DNA of 64,000 nt from a virus. Lineage: Duplodnaviria > Caudoviricetes. Every line of letters begins with the position of its first letter. Positions within the stretch are counted from its first letter, which is position 1. A program made the position numbers and the translations under genes. The notes beneath the pieces were generated by a model that ran no database searches, was not told where the DNA came from, and saw only the letters and a program-made list of their open reading frames with translations. The stretch is taken from IMG/VR virus record IMGVR_UViG_3300009129_001428, positions 14,915-78,914 of that record. One strand, 5' to 3'. Positions 1 to 8,704 of the stretch are shown here, piece after piece.

Positions 1-1
1 C

Positions 2-442
2 TGTTGTTGCAAATAAAAATGTCTGCTTACTGAAATCAAAGTTAAATACTTGTTGTTCCCAAGTAAATTCTTTTAAATGGCTTTTCTCTGTATTAAAGAT
101 AGTAAGGAAAGCATTAGTCAGGTCTTTGGGTAAGGCGTGAGCCTCGTCAAACAATATAGTGACTTCGTTATTTGCAATAAGGGGCAAGAATATTTGCTCA
201 AAAAATGCTTCATTATTTTTTATGGTCGAACAATTAAGCTCAAGAAATGGTCTTGGGCTTCCATCTATATTTGTAAGATTAGACGCAAAAGCCTTGGCAA
301 ATTCAGTCTTCCCTAACCCTTTGGCTCCTACAAAATTTAAAAAAGGACAAATACTTGTCTTATTAAACGCCTTTAAATAAAATTCTAGTTTGCGCTTAAC
401 ATTGCTTTGCCCAACTAAACCTTCAAAAATATCATTACTCAT
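2..442 (-). CDS. RuvB-like AAA+ ATPase (N-terminal part; runs off the window start)
   Basis: Not in the ORF track. Manual translation from ATG 442: MSNDIFEGLVGQSNVKRKLEFYL...Walker A GAKGLGKT...Walker B ILFDEAH...FLFATT, matching the RuvB layout (xGQ, GxxGLGKT, FxDExH, GATT). Confidence 0.75.
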   Translation of the reverse strand, partial: MSNDIFEGLVGQSNVKRKLEFYLKAFNKTSICPFLNFVGAKGLGKTEFAKAFASNLTNIDGSPRPFLELNCSTIKNNEAFFEQIFLPLIANNEVTILFDEAHALPKDLTNAFLTIFNTEKSHLKEFTWEQQVFNFDFSKQTFLFATT

Positions 443-647
443 TATTAAACTCCGTTAATTTATATTCTATTTGTGGAACTTCCTGCTCTTCTTCGCTTTC
501 TGCTTGCGCTTCAGATACAAAAGTATAGCCTAGAGAATCTAGCCAACTTTTTTTAACAGGTACGATTCCCTTTGCGCCAATATACTGACCTAGCTCTTCG
601 TAGGTAAGCACATGATAGACTGCTGGTCTGCCTTGTTTTTTTATCAT
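435..647 (-). CDS. hypothetical protein
   Basis: 70-aa ORF; stop overlaps the next start; sigma70-like promoter directly upstream. Confidence 0.65.
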   Translation of the reverse strand: MIKKQGRPAVYHVLTYEELGQYIGAKGIVPVKKSWLDSLGYTFVSEAQAESEEEQEVPQIEYKLTEFNNE

Positions 648-653
648 CCCACA

Positions 654-682
654 ATTAAATGGGATTTTTTAAAAAATGTCAA
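654..682 (-). promoter_or_regulatory. sigma70-like promoter (leaderless)
   Basis: TTGACA (677-682) - 17 nt - TTTAAT (654-659) - 6 nt - ATG 647. Confidence 0.6.
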
Positions 683-690
683 GCCCTAAA

Positions 691-828
691 TTAAAAAAAG
701 GCTAATCGGGAGACGGCAACACACAGCGCAACGGAGTAGGCGCAGAGAAGAAAGCCATACAAGAAAAAGAATACAATTACTCCTGCGGTGGAGGTTTCGG
801 TTTTAATGTTTCGCTTGGTCTTTGCCAT
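691..828 (-). CDS. small membrane protein (45 aa)
   Basis: Manual translation MAKTKRNIKTETSTAGVIVFFFLYGFLLCAYSVALCVAVSRLAFF; fills the gap; ATG overlaps the upstream stop. Confidence 0.55.
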   Translation of the reverse strand: MAKTKRNIKTETSTAGVIVFFFLYGFLLCAYSVALCVAVSRLAFF

Positions 829-1058
829 TATTTGTATTTTTTTAAATCTATTTCAAGCTCATCACACACTTGTTGGAATAATTCTATAAATTGAGGATTT
901 GATGACATTGATGCGGTTGCAGTAAGTATATTTATAATTACTTGTATGTATTTAGCGTATCTACATGGTAGAGGGCATTGCCTTTCTGTCCAGCCAGTTT
1001 TGATATATTGCTTTAGGCAATCTATTAATTCATATTTAGAGATAAATTCTTCTGGCAT
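828..1058 (-). CDS. hypothetical protein
   Basis: ORF-track protein re-started at MPEEFISK to avoid overlap with kdsA. Confidence 0.6.
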   Translation of the reverse strand: MPEEFISKYELIDCLKQYIKTGWTERQCPLPCRYAKYIQVIINILTATASMSSNPQFIELFQQVCDELEIDLKKYK

Positions 1059-1069
1059 TATTTTATTTT

Positions 1070-1894
1070 TCAATCTGCCATTGGCTGAAGCACTAACCGA
1101 CCCTTTGTAAATAGCCAAAGTCTAATACATTCTTCTATTAAACTAGAAAAGTTTTTAAGTGGTAACTGGCTATCTTTGTCGGAAATTGCTTTTTGTGGGT
1201 TCGGATGAGTTTCTAAAAATAAACCATCTGCGCCTGCTGAAATTGCAGATTTAGCAATTATTGGTAAAAACTCTATTTGCCCAGAACTTTGTTCTCCATT
1301 TGCAGATGGCAATTGTATTCCGTGAGAGGCATCTATTATGACTGGACAACCAGTTTTTTTCATAATAGGTATAGAACGCATATCAACCACTAAATTACCA
1401 TAACCAAATGTTGTGCCTCTTTCAGTTATCCAAGTTTCTACTTTTTTTTCAGACAAGACCTTATTAACTGCGTGTTGCATATCTGAAGGCGCAAGGAATT
1501 GACCTTTTTTAATATTTATTACCTTGTCCGTCTTCGCGCAAGCCAGTAAGATGTCTGTCTGACGGCATAAAAAAGCAGGGATCTGTAATACATCACAAAC
1601 ACTTGATGCTAGATTTGCTTGTTCAGCATTATGAATATCTGTAATAACTGGTAAACTAAAATTATTTTTAACTTCAGCAAGCCAAGCAAGTCCTTTAACA
1701 ATTCCCGCTCCTCGTTGGCTATTTTTAGACGTTCTATTTGCTTTATCAAAAGAACCTTTAAAAACAGATATTAATGTATCTTTATATTTATCTTGAGTCT
1801 CTGCAATTTTTTCAGCAGTTCGTAATGTAATATCTCTAGTTTCCAGAGAACAGGTTCCAGCAATTAATAAAAATTTGTTATTATCAAATAGCAT
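1070..1894 (-). CDS. kdsA: 3-deoxy-8-phosphooctulonate (KDO8P) synthase
   Basis: Motifs LIAGTCSLE, FKGSFDKANRTS, LQIPAFLCRQTD, NIKKGQFLAP, TERGTTFGYGNLVVDMR, FLETHPNP. Confidence 0.93.
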   Translation of the reverse strand: MLFDNNKFLLIAGTCSLETRDITLRTAEKIAETQDKYKDTLISVFKGSFDKANRTSKNSQRGAGIVKGLAWLAEVKNNFSLPVITDIHNAEQANLASSVCDVLQIPAFLCRQTDILLACAKTDKVINIKKGQFLAPSDMQHAVNKVLSEKKVETWITERGTTFGYGNLVVDMRSIPIMKKTGCPVIIDASHGIQLPSANGEQSSGQIEFLPIIAKSAISAGADGLFLETHPNPQKAISDKDSQLPLKNFSSLIEECIRLWLFTKGRLVLQPMAD

Positions 1895-1920
1895 TTAATA
1901 TTAATAAATAATGATCGCTC

Positions 1921-2094
1921 CTATCGTTGCCGAGGCTCCGTGGTCGTATTTGACTGGCTTCCGCTTGGTTTTTGCCATTTTATTTTATTGTAATTTTTTT
2001 GAAATTGATTAAGGCTTGTTATACGGCTCTTATCTCCTTTGCCGTTTTGCCCGTTATTATTTGGGCTACATTTGTTAGAACCGCAGTTTTTCAT
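1921..2094 (-). CDS. small phage hypothetical protein (57 aa)
   Basis: Manual translation MKNCGSNKCSPNNNGQNGKGDKSRITSLNQFQKNYNKIKW...; the GKGDKxR...FxxNYxxIxW pattern is typical of small phage proteins (recalled, unverified). Confidence 0.55.
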   Translation of the reverse strand: MKNCGSNKCSPNNNGQNGKGDKSRITSLNQFQKNYNKIKWQKPSGSQSNTTTEPRQR

Positions 2095-2098
2095 AATA

Positions 2099-2248
2099 TT
2101 AATGCCCTAATCCTTTGTTCTTTTTGTCAAAAACATATAACGCCAAGCCTGACAATAAAAGAAAAATAAAAACAGGAATTAAAATAATAAATAAAATCCC
2201 GCAACAAATTGATTCAACGATTTTTTCGAGAAGTTTAATTTTTTTCAT
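2099..2248 (-). CDS. small membrane protein (49 aa)
   Basis: MKKIKLLEKIVESICCGILFIILIPVFIFLLLSGLALYVFDKKNKGLGH; single hydrophobic helix. Confidence 0.5.
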   Translation of the reverse strand: MKKIKLLEKIVESICCGILFIILIPVFIFLLLSGLALYVFDKKNKGLGH

Positions 2249-2388
2249 CTTTGAACTCTATCTCTATAAGGTCTTCTTTGGAGGGGTAACTTAATGGTAA
2301 ATTAATCATATAATTAATTATTAATAAGGATATTAATGATAGAAAAATCATTACTCCTATCTTTATCGCCTCTTTATCTATCATTGGA

Positions 2389-2583
2389 TTATTTGAGATC
2401 TTCGTCTTCATCTACATCCCAAAAATCAGATTCAAAATCAAGCCCTACATCTGCGACTTGGTTTTGTAGGAGTTGTAAGACCCATAATACATCGGTTCTT
2501 TCTAAATCAAACTCTTCTCCGAACCGATAAATTATTTTCTCAAGCTCTATATAAAGAGCATCAATTTGTTCTTCCCTCCTCAT
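2389..2583 (-). CDS. hypothetical protein, acidic C-terminus
   Basis: ORF re-started at MRREEQID; ATG overlaps the upstream stop. Confidence 0.6.
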   Translation of the reverse strand: MRREEQIDALYIELEKIIYRFGEEFDLERTDVLWVLQLLQNQVADVGLDFESDFWDVDEDEDLK

Positions 2584-2900
2584 TAAAACCATTCATATTT
2601 GAAGTGGGATTGCTCGTACTCTGGCCCTCTCACCCAGCAGTTAGCTCCATAATCCCACTCTCTTGTGTCTTGAATTTTACAAGAAAAATGCAACCATAGA
2701 AGTGAAAACTCAAAACCTAAACCTGCGTGGTCTTGTTTGCGAGTCCATTCAAGAGATAAATTAATCCATGAAAAAAACTCCTGTGAATAAGAAACGTCTA
2801 CTACTAAGCTTTTATTCTTTATTAAGAATAAATTGAAGCCCCCGCCTATAAAGTGTTTGGATGTATTCCACCACTTAACTAATCTATTCTTCTTCTGCAT
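2583..2900 (-). CDS. hypothetical protein
   Basis: 105-aa ORF, co-oriented and tightly packed. Confidence 0.6.
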   Translation of the reverse strand: MQKKNRLVKWWNTSKHFIGGGFNLFLIKNKSLVVDVSYSQEFFSWINLSLEWTRKQDHAGLGFEFSLLWLHFSCKIQDTREWDYGANCWVRGPEYEQSHFKYEWF

Positions 2901-3123
2901 ACTGCCTTACCCTCTTTTCTATTTGTTCCTTTATTTCTTGCTCGTCCAACCTTCCCTCTGCGATTGTCCATACCCAATACAAAACATCCGCTACTTCCTG
3001 TGTAATGCGCTTTTGTAATTTTTTGTTTGGATTGCAGACCTGATGTATTAATAGCGCAGAAAGTTCACTTAATTCTTCTGTACATTTAATAAAATTAAAT
3101 ATGTCTTGCTCACTTAATTTCAT
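2884..3123 (-). CDS. MazG-like nucleotide pyrophosphohydrolase
   Basis: KCTEELSELS...QEVADVL (EExxE...ExxD metal motif); start at MKLSEQD. Confidence 0.65.
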   Translation of the reverse strand: MKLSEQDIFNFIKCTEELSELSALLIHQVCNPNKKLQKRITQEVADVLYWVWTIAEGRLDEQEIKEQIEKRVRQYAEEE

Positions 3124-3289
3124 TGCGCTTGCTTTCTTTAAGGTAATCCATAATGAACTTATTTGCTTCGTCAAACGCTTCGGGGTGATATTTCCTGCAC
3201 CATTCTAAAACCCATTTATCTGTCCATATATTTATCAGACTTTCCTTGTCTATGTCAATTGTATAGTCTAAGGGAGGAACCTGCTTCAT
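3110..3289 (-). CDS. hypothetical protein (59 aa)
   Basis: Manual translation MKQVPPLDYTIDIDKESLINIWTDKWVLEWCRKYHPEAFDEANKF...; fills the gap with overlapping start/stop. Confidence 0.6.
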   Translation of the reverse strand: MKQVPPLDYTIDIDKESLINIWTDKWVLEWCRKYHPEAFDEANKFIMDYLKESKRNEIK

Positions 3290-3513
3290 CCTTTAAGAAT
3301 TTTTAGCTTAAAATTTACTTCTTTTAAAAGGTGATTAAATTTGTTGAACGCATCTAAATTATTGTCGATCATGAGACTCTCTGAGGTCTGCGCCATTTCT
3401 TGTTGAACCCAAGCGAGTTCGCATTCAAGCATATATTTAGTCTCCTCTAAAGCACTTTTGCTCATATCTTGAACATTTAACTCATCAAATTTTTTTGTAT
3501 TAATCGTCGCCAT
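3286..3513 (-). CDS. hypothetical protein
   Basis: 75-aa helical ORF. Confidence 0.6.
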   Translation of the reverse strand: MATINTKKFDELNVQDMSKSALEETKYMLECELAWVQQEMAQTSESLMIDNNLDAFNKFNHLLKEVNFKLKILKG

Positions 3514-3518
3514 AATAA

Positions 3519-3776
3519 TTAAAAATTAAACTTTGTTTGTCGTGGGTCATCTTCTTCTAGTTCTAGACCTTCTTCTAGAGTATCAGATACTTCTTTATTT
3601 GTCAAGGGGTTTTTAAGAAAGTTTTTTTGAGCGATCCTAATAACGAATCTCATTAGAGCAAAGGCGTAGGTCTTATCAAGCTCTATGCGGTTTCCCAGCG
3701 GTTGCTCCACAATTAAAGACTTAGCCTTTTCATCCCAAGTAAACCTTGCGTATTTTAACTCTTTAATTGTTTTCAT
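3519..3776 (-). CDS. hypothetical protein
   Basis: 85-aa ORF, start overlaps the upstream stop. Confidence 0.6.
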   Translation of the reverse strand: MKTIKELKYARFTWDEKAKSLIVEQPLGNRIELDKTYAFALMRFVIRIAQKNFLKNPLTNKEVSDTLEEGLELEEDDPRQTKFNF

Positions 3777-4369
3777 AAAACAGCTTCCGTTAATTGTAAT
3801 AAACTATTTAATTCGTCCCCCACAATCCACTCTAGGGTATCCTCGTCATCAAGCGTGGCCCAATTTAAGTTGGAATCTGCAAGCTTCAGCAAGATAGGGT
3901 CATGCTCCGCCTCTTCTCTATTCGCTGGCTCAATATATGCGCCTTTATTTACTCGGCTAATATGCAGGCACTTGCCTTTTAAGGTTTTCTGCACCCACTT
4001 AAGTTCATTCGGATACCTAATGTCTGTAATGATAGATAAAACATTATTATTTATATTTTCTTTAATAAGAATTTCTGCTTTATTTATCCAACAGCCCTCA
4101 TCAATTTTACGCATTAGCTTTGTCCCATAAGCCACAAGAAAGTCTCTGATTAAAGTTTTCTCTTCAAGTTTAGTAGTGAACGCACTAATTCCAACCTTAT
4201 CTATTAAAAAGTCGTCTACATCTGCTTTAAGGGCATCGGCAAAACTTACCCGCATACATTTTATGTTTTGATCAGCAAAGAGCTTTATCGCGTGTTTACA
4301 AAACGTATCCTTACCGCTTTGTGCCACCCCACATAAGCCAATTACTTTTATATCAGTATCTTTAATCAT
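3773..4369 (-). CDS. deoxynucleoside monophosphate kinase (phage dNMP kinase family)
   Basis: P-loop IGLCGVAQSGKDT, SFADALK, RDFLVAYGT, IITDIRYPNE. Confidence 0.8.
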   Translation of the reverse strand: MIKDTDIKVIGLCGVAQSGKDTFCKHAIKLFADQNIKCMRVSFADALKADVDDFLIDKVGISAFTTKLEEKTLIRDFLVAYGTKLMRKIDEGCWINKAEILIKENINNNVLSIITDIRYPNELKWVQKTLKGKCLHISRVNKGAYIEPANREEAEHDPILLKLADSNLNWATLDDEDTLEWIVGDELNSLLQLTEAVL

Positions 4370-4384
4370 TTATCTTATTTAATA

Positions 4385-4567
4385 TTAATTATTATATTTT
4401 TGGGAAACTGGAGTAAAGCAGGAAATGTAACATAAAAAAGATACAAAAAAATGAATAATAAAGGTCGTGCTTCCCTCCGTTGCCATAAAAATTGCTATAA
4501 ATAAATTTGTCCAAAAAAATGTATAATTTAACTTGCCCCAAAAGGTTAGTCTCGACCAACTAATCAT
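4385..4567 (-). CDS. small membrane protein
   Basis: 60 aa, two hydrophobic segments. Confidence 0.5.
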   Translation of the reverse strand: MISWSRLTFWGKLNYTFFWTNLFIAIFMATEGSTTFIIHFFVSFLCYISCFTPVSQKYNN

Positions 4568-4901
4568 TTAATATACTATCGAAAATATTTGCATCAATAA
4601 TTGATTGGCCCTCTTCTAGAAAACAATTCTGTTGAAAAACCAGTTCTATCTCCCCATATTTGGAGATAATCTCTTTCGACTTCTCAAAATCGTCGGCTAA
4701 GTGCGCTCTTTTAAACGTGCCCCAAACCCTAGTCGTATCTTTTTCGTACATAGTGCGATAAGGATATACAGAGAATATTGACCTCCCTTTTTCTACAATA
4801 TTAAATTGATTGGAATTTATGCTTGCTATGTGGATCTCAACCCACATGGCTCCTGTAAATTCTTCTTGGGAGCATTTAATTATTTTTAATCCTACGTTCA
4901 A
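4560..4901 (-). CDS. hypothetical protein
   Basis: 113-aa ORF in an operon-like run. Confidence 0.55.
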   Translation of the reverse strand: MNVGLKIIKCSQEEFTGAMWVEIHIASINSNQFNIVEKGRSIFSVYPYRTMYEKDTTRVWGTFKRAHLADDFEKSKEIISKYGEIELVFQQNCFLEEGQSIIDANIFDSILND

Positions 4902-4903
4902 CT

Positions 4904-5056
4904 TTATTTATGTTTGTTTTGTAGCCCCTGTAGGTAAATAATCTTACGGAGATAAGAAAACCAATAAATAGGAATTGATAAACTAAACCCTACCGCCAAT
5001 ATCATTAGTATTGAGCCGAGCCAAGTCCAAAAACTACTAAATACTATTTCCAGCAT
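4904..5056 (-). CDS. small membrane protein (50 aa)
   Basis: Manual translation MLEIVFSSFWTWLGSILMILAVGFSLSIPIYWFSYLRKIIYLQGLQNKHK. Confidence 0.55.
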   Translation of the reverse strand: MLEIVFSSFWTWLGSILMILAVGFSLSIPIYWFSYLRKIIYLQGLQNKHK

Positions 5057-5063
5057 CTCAACC

Positions 5064-5288
5064 CTATAGCTTGGTGATTGAGACTACCCTGTCGTGCCGA
5101 AAGTTACGCACTTGTTCTCTGGCAAAACAAAAAGCCTTGAATCCAACATTGTTGCGATGTTCTGCTTTATTTGAGATAGAATCCTTTAGGGATGGCCGTG
5201 TAATTTCGTAGCTTTTAACCTTGCCGTCTTCCTTGCGGTAGACCAAAAGGTAGCGTGACTTGAATTTATTAAGTAATTTATTAATCAT
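5064..5288 (-). CDS. small stand-alone WYL-like domain protein
   Basis: YLLVYRKEDGKVKSYEI...AFCFAREQVRNFRHDRVVSI resembles the WYL C-terminal RxFRxDRI motif. Confidence 0.5.
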   Translation of the reverse strand: MINKLLNKFKSRYLLVYRKEDGKVKSYEITRPSLKDSISNKAEHRNNVGFKAFCFAREQVRNFRHDRVVSITKL

Positions 5289-5323
5289 GCAATGATGATA
5301 CCAGAAAAACATTTATATGTCAA

Positions 5324-5764
5324 TCAATTTCTCCAAACCCTACGAGGCATTTCATCGGTTGTGCTCCCAAAGCCTCCCTCGTCACGCTCCGACGCATCTA
5401 ATTCAGCGACTTCCTCTATATCTACCGAAGGTAATTTTAAAATTACTAATTGCGCTACCTTATCTCCCACTTTATATGAATTATTTTTAGTCCAGCTAAA
5501 CCTAGCCTTAATCTCTCCCCTATAGCCACTATCTATAATCCCCACGGAATTTACAAGCATATGCCCTGTGTTCGATATGCTAGAGCGAGGAAAAAGAAAG
5601 CCTGCGTAGCCTTCGGGTATCTCCACCGCCAAACTCGTCCCATATTCTACATAATGACCATTATTTTGTTTAGATGTCGCTACCAAATCCAGCCCCGCGT
5701 CTCCATATTTGGCATAAAAAGGACAAACCGCATCCTCGCTGAGTTTTTTAATCTTTAATTTCAT
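5324..5764 (-). CDS. dut: trimeric dUTPase
   Basis: AGLDL, FPRSSIS, GIIDSGYRGEI, AQLV, RDEGGFGST. Confidence 0.95.
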   Translation of the reverse strand: MKLKIKKLSEDAVCPFYAKYGDAGLDLVATSKQNNGHYVEYGTSLAVEIPEGYAGFLFPRSSISNTGHMLVNSVGIIDSGYRGEIKARFSWTKNNSYKVGDKVAQLVILKLPSVDIEEVAELDASERDEGGFGSTTDEMPRRVWRN

Positions 5765-5803
5765 AATAAACTTAATCTTTTAGCCCCGCAAAGCTAGCGT
5801 TCT

Positions 5804-6847
5804 TTAATTTTCAAGCATCTCTTTTAGAATATCTTCTATTGTGTACATGTATTTCCACCGAGGAAAGTCGTTTTTGAATTTTGATACATCACTTATGTAC
5901 CAAATATGATCCCCTTTTCTTTTTTGATCGCTAATTGAGTAATTCACTTTAATATTTAAATAGTTTTCTATATATTTAATTGCCTCTAGCATTGAGATAC
6001 AAGAGTGCCTTGATCCACCTATGTTATAAACTTCTCCTTGTTTCGGGTTTTGATGAAAGTGCCAAAATGCATTGACTAAATCAAAAGAGTGAATATTGTC
6101 TCTAACCTGCTTTCCTTTGTGTCCAAAGATTGTATAGGGAATGCTTTGCTTCGCGGCTTTAATTAAATACGAAAGAAATCCATGCAGTTCTGCCCCTGAA
6201 TGTTGTTTTCCTGTTAGGCACCCACCTCTAAAGCAGGCAGTATTTAAATTAAAATATTTCCCATACTCTTGAACCAAGATGTCTGCAGCAAGCTTATTTG
6301 CGCCAAAAATACTATGCATACTGGCATCTATCGACATGGACTCATCTATACCCTCTTTAAATTGATGCCCCTCTTCTATTTCCCATCTTAATTCTTTCTC
6401 TATAAGGGGAAGGCGATTTGGATTGTCTCCGTAAACTTTGTTGGTGCTTGTGAATATAAAAGTCGCTTCAGGACAATGTTCTCGCATGCACTCCAACAAA
6501 TAAAGGGTCGCAGTGCTATTGATGGAGTAGTCTGTAAACGGCTCTTTTGCCGCCCAATCATGGGAAGGTTGCGCGGCAGTATGAATAATTAAGTCAAAAG
6601 TATGACGCTTAAAGATTTTTTTAAGTTTTTTAATATTCCTAATGTCTGCCGAATAATGCACATAGTCTATATGTTTATTGTTTCTTAAAGCATTACATGT
6701 TTTTTTTGTTGTTGCGCTTTTGCCAAAAAAATAAGAACGCATATCGTTGTCTATACCTATTATTTTATACCCCCGCTTTCCGAAAAACGCACAGCTTTCC
6801 GATCCAATCAAGCCTCCCGAGCCCGTCACTAAAACCGTTGGGGTCAT
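5804..6847 (-). CDS. NAD-dependent epimerase/dehydratase (CDP-paratose 2-epimerase-like)
   Basis: [43 protein letters not shown]. Confidence 0.85.
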   Translation of the reverse strand: MTPTVLVTGSGGLIGSESCAFFGKRGYKIIGIDNDMRSYFFGKSATTKKTCNALRNNKHIDYVHYSADIRNIKKLKKIFKRHTFDLIIHTAAQPSHDWAAKEPFTDYSINSTATLYLLECMREHCPEATFIFTSTNKVYGDNPNRLPLIEKELRWEIEEGHQFKEGIDESMSIDASMHSIFGANKLAADILVQEYGKYFNLNTACFRGGCLTGKQHSGAELHGFLSYLIKAAKQSIPYTIFGHKGKQVRDNIHSFDLVNAFWHFHQNPKQGEVYNIGGSRHSCISMLEAIKYIENYLNIKVNYSISDQKRKGDHIWYISDVSKFKNDFPRWKYMYTIEDILKEMLEN

Positions 6848-6851
6848 AAGA

Positions 6852-7082
6852 TCAAGTCTCTATATCTCTACGATACGGGGGCAACTCATTAATAGACTTG
6901 AGTCTTAATTCTTCTAATTCAGTTTGTAGTCTGATTATTTGAAACAAAGAAACTTGACCACTTAATAGCTCGTTTATAGCCTTGTCTTGTTCATGCATTC
7001 TAATAAAAGTCATAACTTGAGATATTACTAAAGCTAACAAAACCAATATTACTGCTGAATTTTCTGTTAGTCTATTTGCCAT
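6852..7082 (-). CDS. membrane-anchored hypothetical protein
   Basis: Re-started at MANRLTEN; one TM helix followed by a helical tail. Confidence 0.55.
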   Translation of the reverse strand: MANRLTENSAVILVLLALVISQVMTFIRMHEQDKAINELLSGQVSLFQIIRLQTELEELRLKSINELPPYRRDIET

Positions 7083-7509
7083 TAATTCTTTTGCATTTTT
7101 CCTCCCATTTAATGAAGGCATCATCGTCAATAGGGAGACACTGCTGTCGTTGCGAGTCGCCCGCTTTTATTCTTACTGAATCACTTTCTTCGTCAAAGGT
7201 GCTAATTTCTAAAATAGTAGAAGTTTCTAACCCCTTGAAGGAGTGAGCAAGAAAACGAGGCACATCAATAGACTCTCCTTTACTTAGAATCACCACCTTC
7301 TCTTCTAGGTCAAAAAATAACGTGAGCTCGACCCTCCCCTTTAAAATATAAAAGGTCTCCTGCTTATTAATGTGAAAATGGAGACTACATTGACCTCCCT
7401 CCTTTAGTTCTAAAAGTTTTCCGCAATAATCTTGATCGTTGTGAATATGAACTTCACGGCCCCAGCCTTTTGGGCTTAACTTATGTGAATTTTTAATAGG
7501 AAACTTCAT
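7072..7509 (-). CDS. cupin-domain protein (sugar isomerase-like)
   Basis: KGWGRE, CSLHFH...ETFYILKG, HSF cupin His/Glu motifs. Confidence 0.75.
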   Translation of the reverse strand: MKFPIKNSHKLSPKGWGREVHIHNDQDYCGKLLELKEGGQCSLHFHINKQETFYILKGRVELTLFFDLEEKVVILSKGESIDVPRFLAHSFKGLETSTILEISTFDEESDSVRIKAGDSQRQQCLPIDDDAFIKWEEKCKRINGK

Positions 7510-7519
7510 GTAATATATC

Positions 7520-8086
7520 TTATGTATATTTCGACCAAATTTCTATGCCATTTACTTGCTTTACCATGTCTTCATATGAGACTTGCGTCAAAAGATCATC
7601 TCTCTCCCAGCGGGTATAATATTTGTACCTTGCATCTCTGGCATTTTTAGCTTTGCATTTTATAGTCATCTCTCCGCCGTTGCGCTCGGCAATAGCTTTT
7701 TTTGACCAATTAAAAAGATTTTCTCGTGGAACTACTACAAATTCATTGGCCCTTTCAAACGCTATGTGAGTAGACTCGCCAGTTAGCCATCCGTTTTTGC
7801 CTTGGACATTGCGGAACTCTAGCCAAATCCAGTCATCATTAAACTTCTTATCCTTTCTGCTGGTTCGCTTGCGAGCCTTAACGTCCACCTTTAATGTTAG
7901 TTGATCGGGTTCTCCCTTAATGGGCTTTTTTAATATAAAATCAATGTGGGAGAACATATTTGCCTTGCGTGTGGCTGGGGTCACCTCAAAGGATTTTTCT
8001 TCTGCTAATTGCACAAAAGATTTTTCTGCGTTATGCCCCTCTACGGAACACTTACCGCCTCTATCATATTTATTTACGTATGCCAT
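7520..8086 (-). CDS. putative PD-(D/E)XK-family endonuclease
   Basis: HIDF...VDVKARK (D...D/ExK), WLEFRNVQGKNGWL; common phage family. Confidence 0.55.
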   Translation of the reverse strand: MAYVNKYDRGGKCSVEGHNAEKSFVQLAEEKSFEVTPATRKANMFSHIDFILKKPIKGEPDQLTLKVDVKARKRTSRKDKKFNDDWIWLEFRNVQGKNGWLTGESTHIAFERANEFVVVPRENLFNWSKKAIAERNGGEMTIKCKAKNARDARYKYYTRWERDDLLTQVSYEDMVKQVNGIEIWSKYT

Positions 8087-8289
8087 AATTAATTTTTAAA
8101 AATTTTACAGATAATAACTATTTGTAGAACAACTGTCATTGCTCCAAATACAGTTCTAATGAACTCCATTTTATGATTATGCCTATCGAACCAGCGTTCT
8201 AATTTCCACCACGTTGGCTGTTTCTTTTGTTCCATCCCTTTTCTTTATCGGTTATTCTTTTAGGCCCATACATCACGAGCTTCTTTAAT

Positions 8290-8523
8290 TTATTCTTCCA
8301 TTTCTGGCTTTTTTTCATATGTTATATCCCCCATTTCTATTGCTTTTGAATAATATCCTAGTTTAAAATGATAGCGTTGTATAAAGAGTACGAAGGCCAG
8401 TATGGCGTAAGCTTCCCAACTTGTGAGCCCGAATTTGGTCCACAATATGAATCCTATAAGAGTGAGCGGGGCGAACTTATTGAGAATATGGTCTACCGCC
8501 GCTTGAAAAAAAGTCATTTGCAT
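8290..8523 (-). CDS. small membrane protein
   Basis: 77 aa, two TM segments. Confidence 0.6.
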   Translation of the reverse strand: MQMTFFQAAVDHILNKFAPLTLIGFILWTKFGLTSWEAYAILAFVLFIQRYHFKLGYYSKAIEMGDITYEKKPEMEE

Positions 8524-8618
8524 TTCTTGTAATTTTTAATTTGCTTTAATACCTCTGGGAGTAGAGGCTTGAATTCTGTCTTTGGAAAGTTAAAAAGGGA
8601 TTTGAATTTTTTGATCAT
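8514..8618 (-). CDS. small hypothetical protein (34 aa)
   Basis: MIKKFKSLFNFPKTEFKPLLPEVLKQIKNYKKCK; ATG 5 nt after a -10 box; stop overlaps the next start. Confidence 0.45.
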   Translation of the reverse strand: MIKKFKSLFNFPKTEFKPLLPEVLKQIKNYKKCK

Positions 8619-8623
8619 GACTA

Positions 8624-8652
8624 ATGATACTACATATATTTGATTTAGTCAA
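8624..8652 (-). promoter_or_regulatory. sigma70-like promoter (leaderless)
   Basis: TTGACT (8647-8652) - 17 nt - TATCAT (8624-8629) - 5 nt - ATG 8618. Confidence 0.65.
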
Positions 8653-8680
8653 TAAAAAAGGGCCCAAAATGGGCCCTTTT
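8650..8680 (-). terminator. intrinsic terminator downstream of the porin gene
   Basis: Perfect stem AAAAGGGCCCA-TTT-TGGGCCCTTTT (8656-8680) continuing into a T-run on the minus strand, 25 nt after stop 8705. Confidence 0.75.
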
Positions 8681-8704
8681 ATTTATTATAATAAGTATTT
8701 GAGA

